Source of the DNA: Candidatus Saccharimonadota bacterium | GTDB lineage: Bacteria; Bacteroidota; Bacteroidia; Cytophagales; Amoebophilaceae | Assembly: GCF_965196625.1 (NCBI RefSeq) | Contig: NZ_OZ239769.1 | Coordinates: forward strand, 90,001-122,000 | Reading direction: 5' to 3' | Length of the DNA: 32,000 nt | Shown: piece by piece, positions 8,674 to 17,568 of the stretch | Position numbering within the stretch: position 1 is the stretch's first letter | Layout: every line of letters begins with the position of its first letter | Program-made: the position numbers and the translations under genes | The notes under the pieces: generated by a model | Told to the model about the DNA's origin: nothing | Database searches by the model: none | What the model saw: the letters and a program-made list of their open reading frames with translations, nothing else

Positions 8674-10449
8674 TTACCCTTTATCTTCTCCTTTTGTATT
8701 TTGTTCCAGTTTTTCCTTCAAATCAGCAAAAGCTTCAAATCCTCTAGCAGATGGTGTCTTTTCTACTTTTTCTTTTGGATGATCTGCTTTTGTTTTACCC
8801 TCTACCTTCATCTCTATGTCTGGATTAAAAAGAATTTGATGGGATAAAATTATTTTTTTATCTCCTTTAGAAAATTTGATGACTTGCAAATCCAACTCTT
8901 CTCCAACTTCTGCTTCCCCGCCATCTGATTTGATTAAATGTTGCTGCGGCACATGACCTTCTATACCATGGGCCAGCTCAACAATAGCACCACGACCTGA
9001 AGTCTTTTTCAGAATAGCACCTTTGTGAAGTGTACCTACTTGGAAAATCTTTTCACAGGCATCCCATGGGTTTTCTTGCTTTAATCCCAATGAAAGGCGC
9101 CTATTTTCTCGATTAATACCCAATACAATGGCCTCTAGTTTTTCACCCAACTTTAAGACGTCAGCAGGGTGCGCCACACGTTTGGTACCGGAAAGACGAG
9201 AAACGTGTAACAGTCCTTCAATACCTGGCTCTAGCTCTATAAAGGCGCCAAAGTGGGTTAGATTGCGCACAACACCTTCATGCGTGGTGCCTACTTCATA
9301 AGTAGATAGAAATGCATCATGCTCCCACGGATCTCCAGTGAGCTGCTTGATGCCCAAAGATATTTTATGATTTTTTCGATCCAATGACAAAATACAGGTT
9401 TCAATGGTATCGCCTATTTTATAATGTTCATTGATGTCACGCAAATATTGCGACCATGAAATATCTAAGACATATACAAACCCCTCTACACCAGGCATCA
9501 ATTCTATAAACAGACCATAATCGGCAATATTGGTTATGGTACCCTTAATGGTAGATCCTACCTGAACGGTTTCTGGCAATGCATCCCATGGATGGTCTTG
9601 CAATTGCTTGATACCCAGAGAAATACGCTTTTTATCCTCATTGAAACCAATGACCACTACACGAACCTTCTGGCCAAGGGTAAAGAGCTCTTCTGGATGG
9701 TTGACCCTACTCCAAGCCATATCTAACTTATGCAGTAAGCCATCTACCCCTCCTAAATCAATAAAGGCACCAAATTTAGTGATATTTTTTACATAACCCT
9801 CTAGGATTTGACCTTTTTCAAGCTTACTCATGATTTCAAGCTTCTGCCCTTCTAGCTTCTTCTCAGTGAGTGCTTTATGGGAGACTACCACATTGTCATT
9901 GGTATGATTGATTTTAATAACCACTACATCAATGGTTTTGCCTACAAAAACATCAAAGTCTAAAACAGGTCTAATGTCAATTTGTGAACCAGGCAAAAAG
10001 GTTTCAATGTCACAAACTTCTACAATCAACCCTCCTTTCGTTCTGCGCTTTACGAGCCCTTCTAACACCTCTCCATGTTCCAATGCATGTTGAATTTTTT
10101 CCCAGGCCCTTACCAATTTTGCTTTTTTACGAGAAAGTACCAACTGACCTTTGGCATTTTCTGTTTCTTCTATGTATACCTCAACCTCATCCCCTGGCTT
10201 TAACTCAGGTAGATCTCTAAATTCAGAAGCTGCAATTAAACCATCGGATTTGTATCGAACACCGACAATAACATCTTTATTGGTGATGCTGATAATGGAT
10301 CCTGTTACTACTTCATACTGATTAATAGCGCTTAAGGTAGCTCCATATATGGCAGCTGTATCTGCTCTTTCTTGATCTGTATATGCACTGCCTAATTTAC
10401 CAGCGTGATCATATTGATCCCAGTTAAAAACTCCTTTTGATGCATCCAT
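8674..10449 (-). CDS. rpsA: 30S ribosomal protein S1
   Basis: 591 aa with six recognisable S1/OB repeats (e.g. GSIISITNKDVIVGV, GLVKRRTKGGLIVEV, GYVKNITKFGAFIDLGG, GTITNIADYGLFIEL, GVVRNLTHFGAFIELEPGIEGLLHVS). Confidence 0.95.
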   Translation of the reverse strand: MDASKGVFNWDQYDHAGKLGSAYTDQERADTAAIYGATLSAINQYEVVTGSIISITNKDVIVGVRYKSDGLIAASEFRDLPELKPGDEVEVYIEETENAKGQLVLSRKKAKLVRAWEKIQHALEHGEVLEGLVKRRTKGGLIVEVCDIETFLPGSQIDIRPVLDFDVFVGKTIDVVVIKINHTNDNVVVSHKALTEKKLEGQKLEIMSKLEKGQILEGYVKNITKFGAFIDLGGVDGLLHKLDMAWSRVNHPEELFTLGQKVRVVVIGFNEDKKRISLGIKQLQDHPWDALPETVQVGSTIKGTITNIADYGLFIELMPGVEGFVYVLDISWSQYLRDINEHYKIGDTIETCILSLDRKNHKISLGIKQLTGDPWEHDAFLSTYEVGTTHEGVVRNLTHFGAFIELEPGIEGLLHVSRLSGTKRVAHPADVLKLGEKLEAIVLGINRENRRLSLGLKQENPWDACEKIFQVGTLHKGAILKKTSGRGAIVELAHGIEGHVPQQHLIKSDGGEAEVGEELDLQVIKFSKGDKKIILSHQILFNPDIEMKVEGKTKADHPKEKVEKTPSARGFEAFADLKEKLEQNTKGEDKG

Positions 10450-10888
10450 AAGGGCGAGGTATTGACTTTATATTGTTACGTAAAAACAGCTACTCAACTA
10501 GACATTTGGCGCTGTTTACGTGGTTAAAAAATGAAATTAAATTACGACTTCTATGTAAAAACGATAGCTGAATGCAGCTAATCGTTCCTTACAAGTGATA
10601 AATTTACAAAAAAAAAAGAAATATCTAGCTTAATGTACCCCACTTGGCCACTACGCAAGATGGGGCCTCGGCTATATACGAGCTAAAGGCCTGATGTAGG
10701 GATAAACCATCATAACCAAAAAAGAGATAAAACGCTCAAGCAGTCTATTGAATAGAATGTCTTAGAGCTAAGCTATCCAACGCTTCTTTGTGGAAGCTTC
10801 TTCCATAGCACCATTTATTATTGCCCGCAACGCATTAAATCGCGTACAGCAGACTTTCAAAAATAAAAGAATTTTTCTAGATGGGTGT

Positions 10889-11803
10889 TTAGTTGTTTGC
10901 AAACAAACGTAGACCCATAAAAGTATATTGACCAACAGAGGCTGTAATAGAGGCACCTAAACGTGCACCGGCAACAGCACCAGAATAAACCACACTACTA
11001 GCCTTAAAAGCTTTAGTTATAAGATGAATGAAATCAGGATGAGGAAGATAAGCGTAGAACAACTTTCTGAGTTTCGCTGCTTCCTGCTTAAGAAAAAGCT
11101 TCACAACAGGGTCAGCCATATACAACATAAAAGCCGCCATCATTTGAGGCATTCTAGTATCCATAGAATCAGAACTGCAACTAGGCATATCAAACCCAAA
11201 GTCGAAAATGTACATGAAAAAACATGATAAAAGTTTAGCAGTATAATTGTCCATTATACGTAGGTATAATTTTTTAGTAGGCTCCATGAGATTAACATTA
11301 TTATTAATGGCAGCACCAGCACTAGAATCAGAGGCCTTACTAACAGTCTCACAACTTGCAATTAGCCTATTAATGAAATCATCAGGATTGGAGACGAAAT
11401 CATACAAAGCTTTCCTAAGCTCCGCTGCGTGATCCTTAAAAAAACTCTTCACAACAGGATCAGCCATATACAACATAAAAGCCGCCATCATTTGAGGCAT
11501 TCTAGTATCCATAGAATCAGAACTACAATTAGGCATATCAAATCCAAAGTCGAAAATGTACATGAAAAAATCTTTGAACACCTTGCAGAAAAATTTGTCT
11601 ATTTCACCTAGAAATGCTTTTTTGCACAAATCCGTGACATCAGCATTGCTTTCATTTTGATGAGTGATCGAACTTTTCTCTTGTTCTTTTTCTAACAGGC
11701 AACCTAATCGATTTTTTGCAACTCGATTGCATCCAGTTAATCCCAATACAAGGAAACAAAAAATTAAGTATTTTAAGTTATTATTTATTTTAATTTTATT
11801 CAT
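10889..11803 (-). CDS. Hypothetical lipoprotein with an internal tandem duplication
   Basis: The signal peptide with lipobox LVLGLTG|C is at the N-terminus. Residues 79-119 and 195-235 (FFMYIFDFGFDMP(N/S)CSSDSMDTRMPQMMAAFMLYMADPVVK) are almost identical, with weaker similarity continuing beyond them. No family recognised. Confidence 0.65.
   Translation of the reverse strand: MNKIKINNNLKYLIFCFLVLGLTGCNRVAKNRLGCLLEKEQEKSSITHQNESNADVTDLCKKAFLGEIDKFFCKVFKDFFMYIFDFGFDMPNCSSDSMDTRMPQMMAAFMLYMADPVVKSFFKDHAAELRKALYDFVSNPDDFINRLIASCETVSKASDSSAGAAINNNVNLMEPTKKLYLRIMDNYTAKLLSCFFMYIFDFGFDMPSCSSDSMDTRMPQMMAAFMLYMADPVVKLFLKQEAAKLRKLFYAYLPHPDFIHLITKAFKASSVVYSGAVAGARLGASITASVGQYTFMGLRLFANN
11099..11221. repeat. 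Intragenic direct repeat, copy 2 (pairs with 11447-11569)
   Basis: About 123 nt, with roughly five mismatches by eye against 11447-11569. The two copies are offset by 348 nt, so they are in frame. Confidence 0.85.
11447..11569. repeat. Intragenic direct repeat, copy 1 (pairs with 11099-11221)
   Basis: See copy 2. Both begin tcacaacagg(g/a)tcagccatatacaacataaaagccgccatcatttgaggcattctagtatccatagaatcagaact... Confidence 0.85.
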
Positions 11804-12141
11804 TACATATATGCATATTCAGGTTATATACTAGGCCATAGTCTATTGTATAGAGTTGAGACAATTCAATTTTTATTTAAAACAGAAAAAAATGCGCCTT
11901 AGAGAGGCTGCGGTTAACAAATGCAACTTACAGCTGGATAGGAAGGCCGCATGTTTTCGCTCAAAAAGGACTAGCATAATATTAGCAAAATAGTCACTTA
12001 CGCTTGATGGCATCGGCTCAACGTAGAACAGATGCATCATGTCGGGTTATACCTGCTTCAAATCAATGGCAAAAAAGGCACTTATGGCACGTTTTTTATC
12101 ATTTTACGGGTAGTTTGCCATATAGTTGAATGGATGCGCTA

Positions 12142-12680
12142 AATGGCCGCCGATAAAAAAATGTGTATGGCTCTCCCAATGGGGTCAACTTAAGGGTTTG
12201 CGTTCAGCACTGTGGTTAAAAACGGGTTTTTTCTAATTTTTTCCTAAAATTTGGGACAAACCTTGAACGTTTTTGCCAAAAATCGTCCTAAAACATGCCG
12301 AAAATACAATTCCAGCCACACTGCTGAACGCATAATGGCATCAACCTAAGGAAAATCCATTCTAGCAAAGAGATGCAAATAGATCGTCCGCATACTCCAC
12401 CACTGCTGACCGCCGATAAAAAGTTGGCGCGCAGTAAAAATAATGAAACGAGCAATTGTTCAGCGGGAAAAACAGAACTCGCCCGCTTCACGGGCTCGAA
12501 CAGGTTGTTTTTCTGATCCGCTGAACAATTGCTCGTCAGTAGACTACAAGCTTACTGAAGCGCCAGTTTTTTTATCGGCGGCCATTAGCTGCTTCAACTT
12601 GATGTAATGGAAGCAATCCGCCCATTAAAATGATGTTTTATTAGATAGTCAATAAAATAACCCCTTAAGTTGACGCCATT
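12142..12680. repeat. Compound/nested cluster of the MITE-like palindromic repeat family (copy B)
   Basis: The terminal motif occurs three times: 12178-12195 and 12334-12351 in direct orientation, and 12663-12680 inverted. An inverted pair gcgttcagcactgtgg/ccacactgctgaacgc lies at about 12200/12314. A long imperfect palindrome spans 12410-12581 and includes a perfect 19-bp inverted repeat (12448-12466 vs 12518-12536). Confidence 0.75.
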
Positions 12681-12809
12681 ACCTCCAATGAAAGAGTGCT
12701 TTTTTTGCTTATCGCTGCGATAGGGCCGCACAGAAGCATGCATAAGGCTAAAGGCCACCCTTTCGAAAACCAACCTGTGGTTGGATCAATTAGGCCTCAT
12801 CCAATAGTG

Positions 12810-13592
12810 CTATTTCATCTCTAGAAGCCCTTTTTTATCAACAATCTTCATGAGTTTTTCTTTCAGATCTACTGCTTTAAAACAATTGGCAAAACCATTT
12901 GCCTCTGTTTGAAAACCATTTTCATCTGGGTTTTCCGCTGCATTTACACAAGTTACCAACATGCCCAATGCTAAGTCTGCATTATTTGCAATAGAGGTAA
13001 GCCACTTTTTAGCTTTTTTAAGCATCTCTTCCTTATAGCTGACCACTGCACTAACCAGGCCCATCCGTTCTGCATCTTCTGCATCAATGCGCTTACCGGT
13101 CATTAAATACTCCAATGCTCTAGTCTTGCCCAATAATTGGGTCAACCGCTGGGTACCGCCGAAGCCAGGAATCACACCATAAGCAATTTCTGGAAAAGCA
13201 AGTATCGCATTCTCAGAAGCAAATCGGAAATGGCAAGCCAACGCTAGCTCAAAGCCAGAGCCTAACGCATAGCCATTAATAGCAGCTAAAATAGGCTTAG
13301 GACAGTTTTCTATAAAAGCCAATACCTCTTGACCATTTTCTGCAAACTTTCTTGCATTCAATTCACTTAACTTGAGTAATTCAGAAACCTCCGTGCCTAA
13401 GGAGAAGATTTCTTCCCCTTCTCCAGTAATAATTACACCCTCTATGGCATCATCGTCATAAACCTCTTGAATGACATTGCGCAATTCAATCAGTCTTTTA
13501 TCTGTCAAAGTAAAGGATTTTGAATCGGCTTTAAAGGTGATGGTTAAAATACCATCTTCTAAATTACTTTGTAATGATTCTGTTTTTTCCAT
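12810..13592 (-). CDS. Enoyl-CoA hydratase/isomerase (crotonase) family protein
   Basis: 260 aa. The crotonase signature region is ILAAINGYALGSGFELALACHFRFASENAILAFPEIAYGVIPGFGGTQRL. Confidence 0.9.
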   Translation of the reverse strand: MEKTESLQSNLEDGILTITFKADSKSFTLTDKRLIELRNVIQEVYDDDAIEGVIITGEGEEIFSLGTEVSELLKLSELNARKFAENGQEVLAFIENCPKPILAAINGYALGSGFELALACHFRFASENAILAFPEIAYGVIPGFGGTQRLTQLLGKTRALEYLMTGKRIDAEDAERMGLVSAVVSYKEEMLKKAKKWLTSIANNADLALGMLVTCVNAAENPDENGFQTEANGFANCFKAVDLKEKLMKIVDKKGLLEMK

Positions 13593-13814
13593 GCTGGACG
13601 CAAATTTGTTTTATAGCTTAATTAACCAACCAGTATGCAATACTAAACACATTGCAATTTTTCTATCTACACAACTTAATACCCCATTTTATTTCCAAAG
13701 CTAAAAACCATACTACCCAAATATACAGGATATTTAATATAGTTTCGAAAGCGGCCTAATCTTTTTTGAATAGTAACCTGGACCTTATAACAACCATGCA
13801 TAGCACACATATGA

Positions 13815-15209
13815 TTACAGGTGAATCACTTCTCCATAAGCAGCAGCTACTGCTTCCATAATGGCTTCTGACATAGTGGGATGTGGATGGGTGCTATTTT
13901 GAATTTCATAAGCAGTAGTTTCTAATTTACGTGCTACGACTACTTCTGCAATCATTTCTGTCACATGGGCACCGATCATATGTGCACCAAGCCATTGGCC
14001 ATACTGGGCATCAAAAATAACCTTTACAAACCCTTCTGGTGCACCAGCTGCCTGTGCCTTTCCAGAAGCAGAAAATGGGAAAACGCCTACTTTAATCTTA
14101 TAACCAGCCTCTTTTGCAGATTTTTCTGTATAACCTACGGAAGCTACTTCAGGCTGTGTATAGGTACAAGAGGGTAGATTATTGTAATCTAACGGCTCTG
14201 GTGTAAGCCCAGCTATTTTTTCTACACAAATGATGGCTTCTGCTGAAGCAACATGGGCTAAAGCAGGCCCTTTAATAAGATCTCCAATCGCATAGACGCC
14301 ACTACAATTGGTCCTATAATAGGCATCTACCGCAACTTTACCTGCTTCCATAAGAATGCCATTTTCCTCTAAACCTATGTTTTCTATATTAGGCTGGACA
14401 CCAACGGCAGAGAGGACTAGCTCACTTTCAATCTTCAAATGGCCTGATTGAGTAGCAATATGTAGGGTAGATGATGGATGACCTACCTCTACTTTGGTAA
14501 CTTCGGCAGCAGTATAGACTTGCATGCCTTTTTGTATAAAAGATTTTAGGATTTGTTTGGATATCGCTTCATCTTCAAGCGGCAGTAAATAGGGATTACA
14601 CTCTACCAGCGTAACTTTTGTGCCTATTGTATGATAAAAATAGGCGAATTCGCATCCAATCGCCCCCCCTCCTACAATCACTATAGAGGCTGGTTGGGTA
14701 GTACGTGCCAGTGCTTCCCTATAGCCTATAATATGGGAGCCATCGATAGGCAAATGGGGCAACTGACGGCTTCTGGCACCAGTTGCTAAGATAATATGTT
14801 GGGAACGGTAGAGCTCAGTAGCACCTGCTGGTGTGACAAGCGCGGCGGTACCATGAGGGAGTAGCTTGCCGCGCCCCTCCAGAAGTGTAATTTTATGCTT
14901 TTTAAAAAGATGATGAATGCCTTTGCACATAGTAGTTGCCACATCCCGACTGCGCTTGATCATAGCCCCCAAATTGGGTTTGGCTTCACTTGCTTCAATA
15001 CCATACGCTGCAGCATGGTTAAAATAATCAAATACCTGAGCACTTTTTAACAAAGCTTTTGTAGGAATACAACCCCAGTTTAAACAAACCCCACCAAGCG
15101 CTTCTTGCTCTATAACAGCGACTTGCATACCCAACTGAGCGGCTCTAATAGCGGCAACATACCCACCCGGACCACTTCCGATTACAATAAGATCATATTC
15201 CTGACGCAT
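13815..15209 (-). CDS. lpdA: Dihydrolipoyl dehydrogenase (E3)
   Basis: 464 aa. FAD-binding GSGPGGYVAAIRAAQLG, redox-active disulfide GGVCLNWGCIPTK, NAD-binding GGGAIGCEFA, and the C-terminal HPHPTMSE interface motif. Confidence 0.95.
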   Translation of the reverse strand: MRQEYDLIVIGSGPGGYVAAIRAAQLGMQVAVIEQEALGGVCLNWGCIPTKALLKSAQVFDYFNHAAAYGIEASEAKPNLGAMIKRSRDVATTMCKGIHHLFKKHKITLLEGRGKLLPHGTAALVTPAGATELYRSQHIILATGARSRQLPHLPIDGSHIIGYREALARTTQPASIVIVGGGAIGCEFAYFYHTIGTKVTLVECNPYLLPLEDEAISKQILKSFIQKGMQVYTAAEVTKVEVGHPSSTLHIATQSGHLKIESELVLSAVGVQPNIENIGLEENGILMEAGKVAVDAYYRTNCSGVYAIGDLIKGPALAHVASAEAIICVEKIAGLTPEPLDYNNLPSCTYTQPEVASVGYTEKSAKEAGYKIKVGVFPFSASGKAQAAGAPEGFVKVIFDAQYGQWLGAHMIGAHVTEMIAEVVVARKLETTAYEIQNSTHPHPTMSEAIMEAVAAAYGEVIHL

Positions 15210-15292
15210 ATAAGTTGTTTACTTTAAGAATATATATGAATGCAAAAACGCTATAGTTTCTGGTACGGTAGACAATTATAGTTAAAAACCCA

Positions 15293-16780
15293 CTAATGTA
15301 CTACACCTAGCTGCTCCTTTATGGTATGAATGGCCTGTTTTTTTTCTGCCATAATCATCAGCAAGTCAAAGGCAGTAATGACGGTATCACCCCTCGGAAT
15401 CACATATACACCATTCCGTTTTATCAGCACAATCAAGGCATTTTCTGGAAAACTCAACTGTACTATTCTTTTACCAATAGCGGGAGAATTTTCCGGGACA
15501 ATCACCTCTATCAATTCACTATCCACTTCTTTGGATAACTGAATACTAGGTTCATGTTTTTCTACTTTTGGCGCTTCTAATTGCAACCACTTGGCAAGAG
15601 GCGAAAGGGTTGTACCTTGAAACAAGATAGAAGTGAGCACAACAAAAAAAACAATATGGTATATTACATCTGCTTGGTGGATATTATCCAACAAAGGATA
15701 GGTAGCAAAAACAATGGGCACAGCCCCTCTAAGCCCTACCCAAGAGATAAAAATCTTGTGGTTTAATTTTAGTGTTTTAGAAAAAAACAATGAAACAAAA
15801 ACACTCAACGGGCGCGCTATAAACATTAAAAAGATGGAAAGCAAAAGGCCAATCCCTGCTATAGGTATGAGCTTAGCAGGGTAAACCAATAGGCCAAGGG
15901 TAATAAACATAATGATTTGCATCAACCAAGAAATCCCTTGGCAAAATTGAATGATGCTTTTTTTGTGTGGAAAATCTTTATTGCCTAAGATTAACCCTAC
16001 AAGGTAAACCGCTAAAAAAGCATTGCCATGTAAAAAATGTGTGGCTGAGTAGGTAAAAATCACTACAGCAAGCATCAAACCTGGGTAAAGCGAACAGTTG
16101 GCAAGACGCAGCTTATCAAGCAATACAAGCATGATTTTACCAACCAAGAAACCAGCTAACCCGCCTACAACCATTTCTTGAATAAAGGTCAAAATAGCTT
16201 CCATGGGACTAATGGCCAGGTTGGTGATCAGTAAAGTTTTAAATAAAAACATTAAAAACCACGCCATCGTATCATTGCTACCAGACTCTAATTCTAGCAT
16301 AGGGCTAAGATTGGCCTTGAGCTGCATGTTCTTAGCGCGAATAATGGCAAAGACGGCTGCTGCATCTGTAGATGCAACAATCGAACCCATAAGTAGGCCT
16401 TCTAATAAAGTGAATTGTATATTCCCCCCCCAGAGGGCTGTAATGCCCCAAATAAATAGCCCCACACTAAAAGTGGTAATAAGAATACCTACAGTTGCCA
16501 GTAATATACCATTCCACAGAATAGGCCGTATATGCTTATACTCAGTTTCTATCCCCCCTGTAAAAAGAATTAAACTTAAGGTAATGGCACCAAGTAATTG
16601 GGCAGCTATAGGATTGTGAAAATCAATATTCCCCAATTTTTCATGGCCTGCCGCCATACCTACCAATAAAAAAATAATCAACGCTGGAATACCTAATCTG
16701 GTAGATAGCTTGGTAATAACAATACTCAGGAAAAGTAAAAAAGAGCCAGCAATCAGTAAGCTTTCTGGGACTAAGTGCAT
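15293..16780 (-). CDS. Potassium/proton antiporter (CPA1, NhaP2/CvrA-like) with C-terminal RCK_C/TrkA_C domain
   Basis: 495 aa. It has a multi-pass Na+/H+ exchanger-type membrane domain (SIVASTDAAAVFAI, LELESGSNDTMA). A soluble C-terminal region of about 80 aa (VPENSPAIGKRIVQLSFPENALIVLIKRNGVYVIPRGDTVI) is typical of TrkA_C. Confidence 0.88.
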   Translation of the reverse strand: MHLVPESLLIAGSFLLFLSIVITKLSTRLGIPALIIFLLVGMAAGHEKLGNIDFHNPIAAQLLGAITLSLILFTGGIETEYKHIRPILWNGILLATVGILITTFSVGLFIWGITALWGGNIQFTLLEGLLMGSIVASTDAAAVFAIIRAKNMQLKANLSPMLELESGSNDTMAWFLMFLFKTLLITNLAISPMEAILTFIQEMVVGGLAGFLVGKIMLVLLDKLRLANCSLYPGLMLAVVIFTYSATHFLHGNAFLAVYLVGLILGNKDFPHKKSIIQFCQGISWLMQIIMFITLGLLVYPAKLIPIAGIGLLLSIFLMFIARPLSVFVSLFFSKTLKLNHKIFISWVGLRGAVPIVFATYPLLDNIHQADVIYHIVFFVVLTSILFQGTTLSPLAKWLQLEAPKVEKHEPSIQLSKEVDSELIEVIVPENSPAIGKRIVQLSFPENALIVLIKRNGVYVIPRGDTVITAFDLLMIMAEKKQAIHTIKEQLGVVH

Positions 16781-17462
16781 AGATGTTTATAATTAACAAC
16801 AAATCAGCCCAAACGAATGAACTACCATTGGTACAGGCGCATATGTTGGATGATGGTCTTTAAAAGCAACTTAAATTTAAGTAAATTTAGCGCATTATAC
16901 GCAATTATGGCTTATTATTATGATCCAATCAGCAAGCGGGTTAACTGGTCGGTTGTAGCAAAAAGCCTCGCTTATATCACCCTAAAGGCTTACGTTTATC
17001 AGATAAGCCAACCTATAATCCCCTCCTTTGTTCATTTATTTATAACCTTGATATGCCTTATATATGACCGTATTAACAGAAAAAAGGATTTAATTTGTAA
17101 TGATATCTATTTTTTTATCCTCTAAATCAATTGGTTAAGTGAATACCTTACTGCCATTACCCCTAGTTAAGGTTTGTTTTTTCCTTAATGAACTTAAGGA
17201 GCGCATTCAATCAATGGAGCAGATGATAACAAAACTGAATAAAGAAATCCAGCAGAGGAAATGTGGAACATCCCCTGTTAAGAGAAGGGGTTTTTGCTGA
17301 TAAAAATCTTCGTGCTTGCTTATATTCCCCAAACGATAGAACCCTAGTACAGGGCTAACATCGATCTATTACAACGACCTAAAAATTATAATAGCTATGA
17401 TGTGAACCGGTAAGCGCTAATACAACCAGCGGGAATAGGTGCTAGCTATACATAATGCGTCT

Positions 17463-17533
17463 AGAGACTACAAGTTTACTGAAGCACCAAGCTTTTTTAT
17501 CGGCAGCCGTTAACACCTTAAGTTAACGCCGTT
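17463..17533. repeat. Copy C (internally deleted right arm) of the MITE-like repeat family
   Basis: The sequence gactacaagtttactgaagcaccaagcttttttatcggcagccgttaacaccttaagttaacgccgtt parallels 12541-12680. It lacks the roughly 90 nt that lie between the atcggcgg and ccttaagtt segments there. Confidence 0.65.
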
Positions 17534-17568
17534 AGATGAACGGGAACAAACTTTCCTTGTTTACTGGG

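Noticed and set aside
7859-10220. Plus-strand ORFs 7859-8107, 8547-8747, 9608-9796, 9908-10093 and 9984-10220, and minus-strand ORF 8470-8664
   Set aside because: They are antisense shadows of the RSH and rpsA genes, or they read straight through the two tRNA genes (8470-8664, 8547-8747). None has an independent signal.
11024-11611. Plus-strand ORFs 11024-11227, 11247-11432 and 11429-11611, two of which are near-identical to each other
   Set aside because: Their similarity simply mirrors the internal duplication of the minus-strand lipoprotein gene. The minus frame has the signal peptide and lipobox and is continuous across all of them.
12288-12491. 67-aa minus-strand ORF in the 12-kb intergenic region
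   Set aside because: It lies wholly inside the nested palindromic repeat cluster. Its open frame follows from repeat symmetry, and it has no coding-like features.
12142-12680. Possible CRISPR array, given the many short repeated motifs
   Set aside because: The repeats are inverted and nested rather than regularly spaced direct repeats with unique spacers. No constant repeat/spacer periodicity exists.
13471-16619. Plus-strand ORFs 13471-13704, 13965-14177, 15326-15542, 15581-15766 and 16203-16619
   Set aside because: All are antisense to strongly supported minus-strand genes (crotonase, lpdA, K+/H+ antiporter) and lack motifs.
16817-17125. 102-aa plus-strand ORF downstream of the antiporter start
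   Set aside because: It is AT-rich with an Ile/Tyr/Asn-biased composition typical of random ORFs in this genome, and it has no motif or partner genes. I cannot exclude a small membrane protein, but there is no positive evidence.
17190-17300. Short coiled-coil-like reading frame LNELKERIQSMEQMITKLNKEIQQRK.. followed by the hairpin cccctgttaagagaaggggttttt
   Set aside because: It could be a remnant of a decayed gene plus a weak terminator (5-bp stem). It is too short and unanchored to call either feature.
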